64,000 nucleotides of DNA, taken from Octopus sinensis (Eukaryota). Position 1 is the stretch's first letter. Each line of letters starts with the position of its first letter. The stretch lies in contig NC_043001.1 in assembly GCF_006345805.1 (NCBI RefSeq), positions 124,806,001 through 124,870,000 of the forward strand. Direction: 5' to 3'. The notes under the pieces were generated by a model. It saw nothing but the letters and a program-made list of their open reading frames with translations. It was not told where the DNA came from and did no database searches. The position numbers were made by a program, and so were the translations under genes. Of this stretch, positions 23,319 through 36,059 are shown in pieces.

Positions 23319-23380
23319 TTGGTGGTGATGAATAATAATGATGGTGACAACGGTGGTGACAACGATGACGATATTTGCGT
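22835..23380. repeat. Compound trinucleotide array (TTA)n-(TTG)n-(TGG)n-(GAT/GAC)n
   Basis: Direct observation. Confidence 0.95.
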
Positions 23381-23654
23381 TTCGAAATTGTTTTTGTTAC
23401 TTTAGTAACCAACGCTTTGGTCACCACTTTTGTTGTTGTTGTAATCATATAAAGGGACCACCGTCGGTTTCTTTGAGGAGTTTCGATGAAATTAAACTAC
23501 CTATCCATCATCTCATTGCACTATAGTTTAAAATGTCTAAGTATTCTACAGACACTTCACGTGCACTCTTAAACAAATTCATGAGTAAAGTTAACTTTTA
23601 TACTCTTTTTATCCATTCATTTTGATTCTTTCCACCAGAGACTCTCATTTATAC

Positions 23655-23861
23655 TCATTACTCATTTACTTGTTTCAGTCATTTGACTGCGGCCATGCAG
23701 GAGCACCGCCTTTAGTCGAGCAAATCGACCCCGGGACTTATTCTTTGTAAGCCCAGTACTTATTCTATCGGTCTCTTTTGTCGAACCGCTAAGTGACGGG
23801 AACGTAAACACACCAGCATCGGTTGTCAAGCAATGCTAGGGGGACAAACACAGATACACAA

Positions 23862-23914
<53 letters not shown>

Positions 23915-24080
23915 TACGACAGACTTCTTTCAGTCTCCGTCTACCAAATCCACTCACAAGGCATTGGTCGGCCCGGGGCAATAGCAGAAGACACTTGCCC
24001 AAGATGCCACGCAGTGGGACTGAACCCGGAACCATGTGGTTAATTAGCAAGCTACTTACCACACAGCCACTCCTGTGCCT
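23655..24080 (-). mobile_element. Family B SINE
   Basis: Full-length match to the other family B copies. Confidence 0.9.
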
Positions 24081-24322
24081 ACGTACGAAATAATAAAAAA
24101 AAAACAGGCAAGAGGGAAAAAACGCAATCATGACGCCTCATAACAAGATAGAACCTGCGATCTCATGATCCGAGAGCGAACCTGTAAACCACTAGGTTAC
24201 GCCTTATTTACATTTACCCAAGACCCTTTTATTTACCATATATATCGTATTTGATGGCATAAAAGGCGCACAACATATGCGATGCACCCTATTTTCAGCA
24301 ACGTATATTCAGGTAAGAAGAA

Positions 24323-24615
24323 GGCGCAATGGCCCAGTGGTTAAGGCAGCGAACTCGCGGTCGGAGGATCACGGTTTCGATTCCCAGACCGGGCGTTGTG
24401 TGTGCTTATTGAACGAAAACACCTAAAGCTCCACGAGGCTCCGGCAGGAGGTGGTGGCGACCCCTGTTGTACTCTTTCGCCCCAACTTTCTCTCACTCTT
24501 TCTTCCTGTTTCTTGGGTAATGCTGCGATGGATTGGCGTCCCGTCCCAGCTGGTGGGGAACACATACGCCATAGAAACCGGGAAACCGGGCCCATGAGCT
24601 TGGCTAGGCTTGAAA
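24323..24615 (+). mobile_element. Family C SINE head with an alternative 3' half
   Basis: Family C 5' half, then 'gctgcgatggattggcgtcccgtcc...agaaaccggg' instead of the usual family C tail. Confidence 0.8.
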
Positions 24616-24844
24616 ACAGTGTGCCATAGTCAAAAATTTACTAATAAGGAACCTGTTTGCATAAGGACCCGGAATGATTTTCTGAGATATTTTTGTTTTT
24701 TTAAGTGATTTTTATATGCCATTCAATATGGTACTTTAGTGGAATATAGCAATAAATATAAGGATTGCCAAATACGATTTTCTATAGTGAATATCATTTA
24801 TAGACATTAACGTTTGTCTTTATTTTATTCTATTTTTCTCTTTC

Positions 24845-25225
24845 TCTTTTCTCTTTTACTTGTTTCAGTCATTTGACTGCGGTCATGCTGGAGCACCGCT
24901 TTTAGTCGAGCAAATCGACCCTGGAACTTATTCTTTGTAAGCCCAGTACTTATTCTATCGGTCTCTTTTTGCCGAACCGCTAAGTGGCGGGGACGTAAAC
25001 ACACCAGCATCGGTTGTCAAGCAATGCTAGGGGGACAAACACAGACACACAAGCACACACATATATACATATATATATATACGACAGGCTTCTTTCAGTT
25101 TCTGTCTACCAAATCCACTCACAAGGCATTGGTCGGCCCGGGGCTATAGCAGAAGACACTTGCCCAAGATGCCACGCAGTAGGACTGAACCCGGAACCAT
25201 GTGGTTGGTAAGCACTCCTGCGCCT
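24845..25225 (-). mobile_element. Family B SINE
   Basis: Match to the other copies, with a small deletion in the head. Confidence 0.9.
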
Positions 25226-25228
25226 ATT

Positions 25229-25259
<31 letters not shown>

Positions 25260-25426
25260 TTCTATTTTCTCTTCATTTTAGATGGTTGGTGTAACGAGCA
25301 GTTTCTGGTTGCGATTTTCTCTTTTATATGGTCATTTGTGGAAAGGTGATGGTACCTGCGTGTTTCTTAATGATTTCTATGCATAACTAGCTTTTTCGTG
25401 TGTACCTCTTTTTGTAACATTGCATT

Positions 25427-25546
<120 letters not shown>

Positions 25547-25800
25547 TGTTTCTTTATTAGCCACACAGGGCTGCACACAGATGGGACAGATTACAAAGTA
25601 GAGCTTTTCTTTTGGTGGGGGGAGGTGGGTTAGGTTTTCGATCAAAAGGGAAAGAAGGAAAAAAAAGAGGAAAAAGGGGGGAAAAACGATCAATAGGGAT
25701 CATGTATCACAGTGTCATGGTGTAAAGTGTAAAGGGGGAAGCAGATAAAGTTAATCCGTGGGAAAAAAGCCTACGGAAAAGACCACGGTAACCTCGGTCA
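25547..25800 (-). mobile_element. Tx1-like LINE 3'-end fragment inside (GATA)n
   Basis: Ends ...gcagccctgtgtggctaataaagaaac; (GATA)n on both sides; shares the 3'UTR with 14241-14320 and 59078-59350. Confidence 0.85.
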
Positions 25801-25802
25801 AT

Positions 25803-25884
<82 letters not shown>

Positions 25885-26099
25885 CAGATAGTTAAGTAGA
25901 TAGATACATACATACATACATGTATTTACACACACACATACACACACATATATATACACACACACACACGTATATACAAACACACACACACACATGCATA
26001 TGTTTGTGCACACAATAATTTGTATGTCTCAGTTTAATGTTCCTAAGCTTCTTAGTATCTCAGCATCTCAATTTACGTAAGATGCCGTTCTGTATCCGT

Positions 26100-26625
26100 T
26101 ATATGCAACAAGCGCATTATTAGATTAAAATACCCATTTATGTATCAAACTTAATGTATATACATCGAGGAAGGCAAAAGTACACTATATTGCAGAAATC
26201 CCACCTACATGCCAATGATATTACTCCACCCACCTGATGGATCCAAGAATATATCCAGTTTATAAGACTACGGAACTCAGTTTGAGGAAACCATTCACCG
26301 ACAAATCTCCGAAGGTATAATCTTGTAAAATGAATTTAATACACCTTAGGGCTTGCTCCTGCTTACTATTTAGTAAATGGTGCTTAGAGGTGAAAATATG
26401 GAATGTTTCTTCAGGGGATAAATTGCATTTTCCTCCGATTATGTAAGGGGCTGCTTCACTTATTATTTCCCATTCTATAGTAAAGTTAATACTTCCATCC
26501 TTTCCAGAGAAGATAAATTTACTTATGCTTGTCGTGATGTGCACTTTCTTTCGAAAATGAAGTTAAATGATTTGCTAGTCCCGCTTTGAAATTTATCGTA
26601 TTAATCTCTGTATCCATTGTAATAT
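26100..26625 (-). pseudogene. Penelope-like element GIY-YIG endonuclease remnant
   Basis: 'NFKAGLANHLTSF' then 'TSISKFIFSGKDGSINFTIEWEIISEAAPYIIGGKCNLSPEETFHIFTSKHHLLNSKQE' matches the recalled PLE pattern T.LSKYIW.LK...Y.I.W.I...A.PY..G...CNLC..EK..I....LLN...E. Confidence 0.75.
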
Positions 26626-26655
26626 TTCAAAGGAGACAGGCAGACAGACGGACAA

Positions 26656-27250
<595 letters not shown>

Positions 27251-27399
27251 GCATGCCGTATTTATAAGAGGGTAGAAAATATTGTGTATGTAGTGAGTAG
27301 GTAGAGAGACAGGCCGTTCGGTAAGCCAGTCGGTAGGTCGATCGGTAGGCTGGCAGGCAAAAAGGCAGGCGAATTGTTTGATTGAAAAGACTAGAGATG

Positions 27400-27690
27400 T
27401 CCGGATTATTTAATCTGCAGTAAGGGATTTATGAGAAAGAGAATATGACTCTGACGGTGAATAAAACAAATTCTGATGGTAAATTATCATTTTTCGGGCA
27501 TAAATCCCGCAGCCAATAGGGAATCACAATAAGAAATATGTAATTCAAAATAATTACATCATGTATTGAACGCCTGTAGTCATTTACTCTAGGCAATATA
27601 CTCCATTATAAAAGTTCGTGAGGAGACAGCAGCCATGTTAAAATTTCCAGCCAAAAGAATTGTCATACAGTAAGCACTTTGGTATATTTA
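27400..27690 (-). pseudogene. Probable upstream part of the same Penelope-like ORF
   Basis: Frameshifted 'SAYCMT' (resembles SYSCM) and 'LRDLCPKNDNLPSEFVLFTVRV' (resembles C.CR..CPL.G.CL...V.Y.A.V). Weak. Confidence 0.4.
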
Positions 27691-27713
27691 TGCTGTTGTT
27701 ATTGTTGAAGTGA

Positions 27714-28095
27714 GGCGCAATGGCCCAGTGGTTAGGACAGCGGACTCGCGGTCGTAGGATCGCGGTTTCGATTCCCAGACCGGGCGTTGTGAGTGTTTAT
27801 TGAGCGAAAACACCTAAAGCTCCACGTGCCTCCGGCAGGGATAGTGGTGATCCCTGCTGTACTCTTTCACCACAACTTTCTCTCACTCTTACTTCCTGTT
27901 TCTGTTGTACCTGTATTTCAAAGGACCGGCCTTGTCACTTTCTGTGTCACGCTGAATATCCCCGAGAACTACGTTAAGGGTACACGTGTCTGTGGAGTGC
28001 TCAGCCACTTACACGTTAATTTCATGAGCAGGCTGTTCCGTTGATCGGATCAACCGGAACCCTCGTCGTCGTAACCGACGGAGTGCTTCCATCCA
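27714..28095 (+). mobile_element. Family C SINE inserted at the head of a family D SINE
   Basis: Full length; duplicated ttgaagtgagg at both flanks. Confidence 0.92.
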
Positions 28096-28452
28096 TCCAT
28101 TTTTGAAGTGAGGGCGCGTGGCTTAGTGGTTAGGGTTATTCGGCTCATGATGGTAAAGTCGTGAGTTAAATTCCCTGCGACGCAGACGATGGTAATGGTG
28201 GTGGTGTCAGCTCCGATCAAACAGACAAGTAAGTGATCAAAAAGATGCCATCCGTGACCATTCGGTCTTTGTTGCATATCAGGAATTATTTACATTGACC
28301 AATGTTCTTCTATTTATCACGATAGAATAAGATCTGTGGAAAGATATGGCTGTTATTTATGCTCATCAGTGAAAAACTCTGCTTCTCAAAGATTTTTTTT
28401 TTAACTGTCTCTCAACACTTTTTCCTCGATTCTTTTTACCAAGATTCTAATG

Positions 28453-28815
28453 TAGGTGTGGCTGTGTGGTACGAAGTTTGCTTTCCAACCACATGGTTCC
28501 GGATTCAGTCCCACTACGTGACACCTTGGGCAACTATTTTCTACCAAAGCCTTGTGAGTGGATTTGGTAGACGGAAACTGAAAGAAACCTGTCGAATATA
28601 TATGTGCATCTATGTGTGTGTCTGTGTTTCTCTCCCCATCACCACTTGACAACTGGTGTTGGTGTGTTTATGTCCCCGTGACTTAGCGATTCGGCAAAGC
28701 GACCTATTAAATAAGTACCAAACTTTAAAAAAAAGAATAAGTACTGGGGTCGATTCATTCCAAAAAATTCTTCAAGGCAGTGCCCCAGTATGACCATATT
28801 CTAATGACTGAAACG
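28453..28815 (+). mobile_element. Family B SINE, older copy
   Basis: Diverged match to family B. Confidence 0.8.
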
Positions 28816-28829
28816 TATAAAAAATATCT

Positions 28830-29005
28830 GGTACATGGCCAGCGGTTTTTAGGGGAAGAAGAGTCGTTTACATCCACCCCAGAACTTGACAGGAACTCAT
28901 TTTATCGACCATGAAAGACAAGTCGACCTCGGTGGAAATGGAACTCGGGATGTAAAGACGGAAGAAATACCGCTTAGCATTTTATCCGGCGCTATAACGA
29001 TTCCA
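28830..29005 (-). mobile_element. Family A SINE, degenerate
   Basis: Match to family A. Confidence 0.7.
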
Positions 29006-29357
29006 TACACGTCATAATATTAGGTCAAAGTAATTTACTTTCGAGTACTAGTTTCACGCGAGTGACTATTTACCACAGCAAAATCCTATAGATAAGAGAA
29101 TAGTATATGTAGATGGTATATATTCAGTTTTATTTATTTACTGATTGCCATATTGAAAGTCGTTTATCATTGCTGTTGTTGTCGTTGTTATCGTTATAAT
29201 TGTTTTTGATTGTCGCAAATAAGCAGTTTTGCAATCATGTGATTTCGGGTTCAGTCTCACTGCGCGCTGTCTTGGGCAAATGTCTTGTACAATAACCCCA
29301 GGTCGACCAATAACTTTTTGAGTGAATTTGGTAGACGGAAACTGTGTGAAAGACCGT

Positions 29358-29399
<42 letters not shown>

Positions 29400-29430
29400 A
29401 TATAATATATATACATATATATATATATAA

Positions 29431-29699
29431 TTATTACATTAAGGGCTGTTACTATAAGTAAAGCCACATGCTGGAAAGGGGCGCTAAAGTCAAACTACTT
29501 TATCAAAATATACACACACGCTGGTTGTTTGCACTGACGAGTGGAGAGCATATTATGCAACTGATCCATTTTAAAAGAATTTTTTCTTTTTTCATTTCCT
29601 CGACTTCAGCGCGTGTGTATACTTTGATAAAGTAGTTTGACTTTAGCGTCCCTTTCCAGCGTGTGGCTTTACTTATAGTAACATCTGTTAATGTAATAA
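29431..29699. repeat. Fold-back with ~93-bp arms; loop carries CTGACGA
   Basis: Arms 29431-29523 and 29607-29699. The right portion recurs as a direct repeat at ~30372-30670. Confidence 0.85.
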
Positions 29700-29985
29700 T
29701 GTATTTTTAAAAAATTGCATGCTTAGTATTAATTTTTTACTTTAATTAGTTTTACACGCTGGCTGCTCGATAAAATCTTAAATAGATTTTATCCTTATAT
29801 TTAATTGATAAATATTAAACCGAAAAATATTCAGTGCTGAATTAATTTGGTTATACACACCTGGCTGAGATGGACAAGACAGAAATCCTTTCATGGATGT
29901 ATAAGTATGAACATCTGTATATGCTCTGTGGATACGTTGTGTTCGTATGGTATGTATAAGTGTTTATATTTATATATTTCAGGTT

Positions 29986-30358
29986 GTGGAGGCGCAATGG
30001 CCCAGTGGTTAGGGCAGCGGACTCGCGGTCATAGGATCGCGGTTTCGATTCCCAGACCGGGCGTTGTGAGTGTTTATTGAGCGAAAACACCTAAAGCTCC
30101 ACGAGGCTCCGGCAGGGATGGTGGTGATCCCTGCTGTACTCTTTCGCCACAACTTTCTCTCACTCTTACTTCCTGTTTCTGTTGTACCTGTGTTTCAAAG
30201 GACCGGCCTTGTGTCACGCTGAATATCCCCGAGAACTACCTTAAGGGTACACGTGTCTGTGGAGTGCTCAGCCACTTACACGTTAATTTCACGAGCAGGC
30301 TGTTCCGTTGATTCGGATCAACGGGAACCCTCATCGTCGTAACCGACGGAGTGCTTCC
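29986..30358 (+). mobile_element. Family C SINE
   Basis: Full length; TSD atatttcag. Confidence 0.92.
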
Positions 30359-31062
30359 ATATTTCAGATTATGTTTGCACTGACAAGTGGAGAGCGTGTT
30401 ACAGCGCTGGTTGTGGAATCGTTTCGATATACAACTGACTCGTCTTAAAAGTATTCTTTCTTTGTTCTTTTCCTGGACTTCAGCACGTGTATATATTTTG
30501 ATAAAGTAGTTTGACTTTATCGTCCCTTTCCAGTATGTTGTTTTACTAATAGTAACAGCCGTTAATGTAATAATGTATTTTTTAAAAATTATATACTCAG
30601 TATTAATTTTTTTACCTTAAGTGGTTTTTACACGCTGGCTACTTGATAATCTTATATCGATTTTATCCTTAAGACTTGTTCTATTTCTATTCCTGAGCGC
30701 CATACTAATACATTTGTTTGTTTGTACTCCACCCCTGCCTTCGTCTTTTGTTTATTTTCGTAAACCTTCCCGTTATATATATATATATATATATATATTC
30801 TTTTACTTGTTTCACTCATTTGACTGCGGCTGTACTGGAGTACCGCCTTAAAGGATTTTTAATCGACTTATTCTTTATAAGTTGTTTATCGGTTGTCAAG
30901 CGATTGTTATGGTGGGAGCAAACAGACACACACATAAATATGGATACATATATATATATATATAACGGGAAGCTTTATGAAAATAAACAAAAGACGAAGG
31001 CAGGTGGAAAACAAACGAACAATTGTATTAGTATGGCGCTCAGGAAATATAAATAAAACAAG

Positions 31063-31100
31063 TCTTTAACGTTTCGAGCCTACGCTCTTCAACAGAAAGA
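31063..31100 (-). ncRNA. Minimal type I hammerhead-like motif, variant core (family H repeat, 30965-31140)
   Basis: TCTTT CTGTTGA A GAGC GTAG GCTC GAAA CGT T AAAGA: stem I TCTTT/AAAGA, stem II GAGC/GCTC, palindromic ACGT stem III. Confidence 0.6.
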
Positions 31101-31162
31101 TACACAGAGAGAGAAAAACACAGAAAGAAGGAGAGAAAAAAAATGCGTGCAGTAGCTAACGA

Positions 31163-31233
<71 letters not shown>

Positions 31234-31322
31234 GGAGAATTTTCGAAAAAAACAAAAGACGAAGACAGGTGGTGCACAAAACAAACAGATATATTAGTAT
31301 AACGCTCAGGAATAGAAAAAGT

Positions 31323-31358
31323 CTTTTACGTTTCGAGCCTACGCTCTTCTACAGAAAG
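31323..31358 (-). ncRNA. Minimal type I hammerhead-like motif, variant core (family H repeat, 31230-31385)
   Basis: CTTT CTGTAGA A GAGC GTAG GCTC GAAA CGT A AAAG. Confidence 0.6.
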
Positions 31359-31384
31359 GGACACAGAAAAAAAACAAGGAGAGA

Positions 31385-31437
<53 letters not shown>

Positions 31438-31817
31438 GCACACACATACACAACGGGATTCCTTCAGTTTCCGTCAACCAGATCCACTCACAAGACTTTG
31501 GGCAGCCCGAGGACCCGGAACTATGTGGTTGGGAAGCAAGCTTGTCTTCACACAACCACACCTGTGTTTGTGTGTGTGTGTGTGTGTGTGTCTCTGTGTG
31601 TGTGTGTCTGTGTGTGTGTGTGTGTGTGTACACGTTTCTATGTATGTTTTTATGTTCGTGTTTGTTTACTCACCTCCACTGCTTGACAGCCAGTGTTGGT
31701 TTGTTTACGCTTCCGAAATGTAGCAGTTCGGCAATGGCTACTGATAGAATAATTACCAGATTTAAATATATGTACTGGTGTTGATTTGTTCGAATTAAAC
31801 CTATCAAGGCAGTTTCC

Positions 31818-32236
31818 GGACCTTTTCGGTTTGAACGGCAGCTTTTTAAAATAATTTTCACGTAACTAAACTTCGTATACTGGTAGAATGTATTTATAAA
31901 ACATATTTTTCTCTTGGCTTTATTGAGAAAATTCTATGGTTTGTAAGATATTTGTTGTTTTTTTCTTCAATTTCTGTAAGTTCAACCAATCAATGACGTC
32001 TATTGAGGTGAAAACATTCTGTGCCGTATGAATATGTCCCTCGTTTAAGAAACAGATTGGGTTTATTTACATTTCTGAAGAAAAAAGGATACCCTTCCCC
32101 CACCGCTAACCCTAACTAACTAACCCTAACCCTAAAACAGATTGAAGTGCAATAGATCGATACTAGGGTCATAATTATGGGTGACAATTTCATATGACAC
32201 CGCTAGAAAAAACTGCCGTTCAAACCGAAAAGATCC
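31818..32236. mobile_element. MITE with GG..CC termini and 8-bp TSD (Merlin-like)
   Basis: TIR GGA(T/C)CTTTTCGGTTTGAACGGCAG(T/C)TTTT; TSD CAGTTTCC (31810-31817, 32237-32244); internal ctaacc repeats. Confidence 0.9.
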
Positions 32237-32841
32237 CAGTTTCCAAGCGTGAGTCCCATACCCTACACCAGCATCCTTTATACCTAGGATCCATATAAAA
32301 TTCTCCGCCGCTCCTTAAGAGGTTGCACCGCCACCTTTCAAAATCACTGGATTAGAATATAGAAGAGCTGGTTTCTGTCGGTTTCTGCCATATTCTGAGT
32401 TCAAATCCTGCAAATCTCACTGGATTCTAATTTGTTTTCCACCTGTCCAAGAGCTATGAAATTAGTTGCTTGAAGAGGCGAGCAGCTTTTAAAATGAGCT
32501 GCTAGCCGAAACTTGAAGTCCTTGTCGTCACAAGTTTTACTATAAATTTGGTTCTACGCTCATTATTGAGCCAATAAGTGTTCCGTTATTTCTTAAACTG
32601 ACCTTTAAATAATTACTTCAGTTTTCCATATATGCATGTGTTTGTTTTCACATAAATGGGAATGTGTGTGTGTGTGTGTGTGTGCTTGTATGTATGAATA
32701 AGTATACACATACATATTTAAACATATATGCATGTATACATGCATATATATATATATATACATACACACACACACTGAGGTAGATAAATAGATAGATAGA
32801 TAGATAGGTAGGTAGGTAGGTAGGTAGGTAGGTAGAGAGAG

Positions 32842-32908
<67 letters not shown>

Positions 32909-33493
32909 CGTGTATATATGTTTCTGTGAGTGTTTTTTGTGCATGTGTATAAACGTGTGTATAAACGTATGTATAAACGTATGTGTATAAACGTGTGTAT
33001 CTAGAGGCAAGAAAAGAAATTCATAAAAAAATTTTTTTCCTGTCTTTCTAACGAAGTTAATTCAAAGAGTTGATAAACACGTCACAATCAAACGCCAAGT
33101 ATGTTGTCATAACTTAAGTGTTTTATACAGTAAAACAAACGCGATGGTATAGGGCGTATAATACGCTGAATACCAATATATCTAAAAGGGTTAATGAAAG
33201 CGATCGAGGAGCCGATACCAAGATATTAGTTCCTTTTTATAGGTATTTATTATACCAATAGATTTATCTGTTGAACATATTGAATATCTATATGTTATAT
33301 CTGGACTCGGGCAGGTTGGTTGTATGTAAGATGAAAGCTGGTTAATGACACTATATTTCTTCAAGTATTTCATGAACTTTTTCGCTGGATCACACAATAC
33401 AGTCGCTATTATCAGTTTGTTTTTCGCGTAGGTACGAATTTTAATAGAAAAAAAAACTATCTAAGAGGAAAAACAAAGAGAAAAGAGGGCAAA

Positions 33494-33964
33494 ATGGATG
33501 GAAACGAGAATGCATCGTGTCGTATTTGTCACGAATCTAATAGTACAACTGATCTCGTCTCTCCATGTTTTTGTCGCGGCACTATGAGTATAGTCCATCT
33601 TTCATGTCTCGAAAAATGGCTAATGTCTTCATTAAAAAATTCGTGTGAGGTGTGCGGTTATGAATACGATGTTGTGCGAAAAACAAAACCATTTACAGAA
33701 TTCTTGAAAAATCCCGGAACGAAGAAAGCCAAAGAGAATTTTTTTGCTGATATATTCTGCCTTTTGGGCCTTGTAACTTTTACAGCCGCAACATTTATCT
33801 TAAGCTTCGAAAAACCTAATTTCATGGTACCCGGGTTAATATTCGTTACATTTTTTATAAGCATTACTTACGCTATTGCCATTGAAGCGTTTAATTATCA
33901 TTATTTTGTCTGGGAATCTTGGAAACGAAAGAACCAGACCGTTAAAATTATCAACGTAACTTGA
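33494..33964 (+). CDS. MARCHF2/3-like: Membrane-associated RING-CH E3 ubiquitin ligase, MARCH2/3-like (156 aa)
   Basis: C4HC3 RINGv (CRIC..SPCFC..VHLSCLEKW..SCEVC), linker KPFTEFLKNPG, two TM helices and 'YH...W.RKNQTVKI' C-terminus. Good Kozak context (aaaATGG). Candidate acceptor at 33430-33431 and donor at 34004. Confidence 0.93.
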   Translation: MDGNENASCRICHESNSTTDLVSPCFCRGTMSIVHLSCLEKWLMSSLKNSCEVCGYEYDVVRKTKPFTEFLKNPGTKKAKENFFADIFCLLGLVTFTAATFILSFEKPNFMVPGLIFVTFFISITYAIAIEAFNYHYFVWESWKRKNQTVKIINVT

Positions 33965-34717
33965 GCAGGTCTTTTATCATAATATCAATTATTATTAATG
34001 AAGGTAAGTGAAAGACATTTCTTACATAAGTATATAATAACGTATTATTGAACTCGATTTAAGCGTCGAGTAAAAAGCTTTTTCTTATTTATACTGACGT
34101 TCCGACTAGCTGAGTTCAAAACCTACTAAGTTCAAAATTAACTTTTTGAACTTCTTATCCCTCGACAAAATAAGGTACCAGTCAGTTATATGGGCAAATG
34201 TTATTGATTAACTATCTCCATTCAAAAATTGCTGGCGTTGTGTCTAAATTAGAAACAATTGTATTTTAAGAGTAATGGAGTGAGACAATCGTTAGAGCGT
34301 CTGGAAATACCTTACAGTATTTCTTCCGGTTTTTTACATTCTGAGTTCAAATCCTGTTGTGGTTAACTTAACTTTTCACTCCTCCGGGGTTGATAAATTA
34401 AAGTACCTGTCAAGTACTGCTGTGGAATTTATCGATTAACCCGATCCCTTCAAATTCAAGACCAAAACTAGAATTAATGGCGATGTATTAGCAAAATAGT
34501 TTAAGCATTAGACAAAATTATTTCATTACTTGTTCGAGATCTTTCCCACTGTAGTTAATTTTGCCTTCAGCTAAAGACAAATTCACTGTAGTTACCGTGG
34601 AGAACTTGCTGTCGCTTACGGTAAAAGTTATTAAAACACCTTATTTGCTTAGTATCTTCTCCTAGTGGACTCCCAGACGCGTTTCTGACTCTTCGTCTTC
34701 CTCAGTAGGAGATACCC

Positions 34718-34948
34718 ATTTCTTTATTACCCACAAGGGGCTAAACATAGAAGGGACAAACAAGGACAGACATAGGTATTAAGTCAATTACATCGACCCC
34801 AGTGCGTAACTGGTACTTAATTTATCGACCCCGAAAGAATGAAAGGTATAGTCGACCTCGGCGGAATTTGAACTCACAACGTAACGGCAGACGAAATACC
34901 GCTAAGCATTTCGCCCGACGTGCTAACGTTTCTGCCAGCTCGCCGCCT
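34718..34948 (-). mobile_element. Family A SINE, young full-length copy
   Basis: TSD taggagatacc (34706-34716, 34949-34959). Confidence 0.95.
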
Positions 34949-35619
34949 TAGGAGATACCGAAGAGAGAAGACTCTAGTAGATTCTAAAGCCGTAGTTTTA
35001 TCTTAAAACAATCAATATCAGCGATAAACTAAAGCACCGGTCAAGTATTGGAGTCGCTGTGATCGAATAACTCCTCAAAGTTCTTGTATTCTGCCTGAAT
35101 GAGAAACAATTGTTATGGTGGTTAAAAAATTAACTAGATCTATTCTTAGGGACTCTGATTCTTATGAACTCTGAAAACTGGATTTTAACAGACGTGAATT
35201 GAAAGTTTGATAAGCAGAGAAGTTCTCAGCAGTGTGGGATCTGTATTGATTCGAATCTTTAGGTACTTTTTCTTTTGTTTTGCTCTTTTTATGCAAAAAT
35301 ACCCACTTAAAACGAAGTAGCTGTACCTTCCCCGCAAGAAAATGAGTGAACAGAAAATTACTGATTACAAGCAAAAGGAAAACGAAGGGACAGAGAATGG
35401 ATAGATACCCAAAATAAATAAGTAGTCGGGGTAGACTGGGCTTATAGCAAAAAGAGAGTAAAATTAACGCTCTACGGATATTTTAAAAGATTCAACAAAC
35501 AACAATGATACTAACACACGCACACACATTTGTGTGTATACGTGCGCAGGGATGTGTGTGTGTGTGTGTGTGTAATTCGCCTAGTGAAAATTATTAATAG
35601 TTTTCCCATTATGGCAGAA

Positions 35620-36046
35620 AAATCAGCAATTTTTAGTGGGAGGCGGGGGTCACTCAATTACATCGAGCCCAGTACTTGAGTGGTACTTTATCGATCCCGA
35701 AAAGATGAAAGGCAAATCTGACTTCGGCGGGATATGAACTCAGAACATAAAGAGCCAGAACAAATGCCGCTAAGCATTTTCTCCGACGCGCTAACGAATC
35801 TACCAATTTACCGTCTTAAGTGAAAATATAGGTTTTAGATTTTGTCACAAGGACAACAATTTTGTGGGAGGGGTAAGCCGATTACATCGACACAAGTATT
35901 CTACTGGTACTTATTTTATTGACCCCCTCATGGATGAAAGGCAAAGTCTGCCTCGGCGGAATTCGAACTCAGAACGTAAGGACGGATTAAATGCCACTAA
36001 GCATTCTGCCCGGCGTGCTAACGATTCTGCCAGCTTACTGCCTTCT
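35620..36046 (-). mobile_element. Two adjacent degenerate family A SINEs
   Basis: Matches at ~35620-35818 and ~35832-36046. Confidence 0.8.
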
Positions 36047-36059
36047 TAAATTCAAATAT

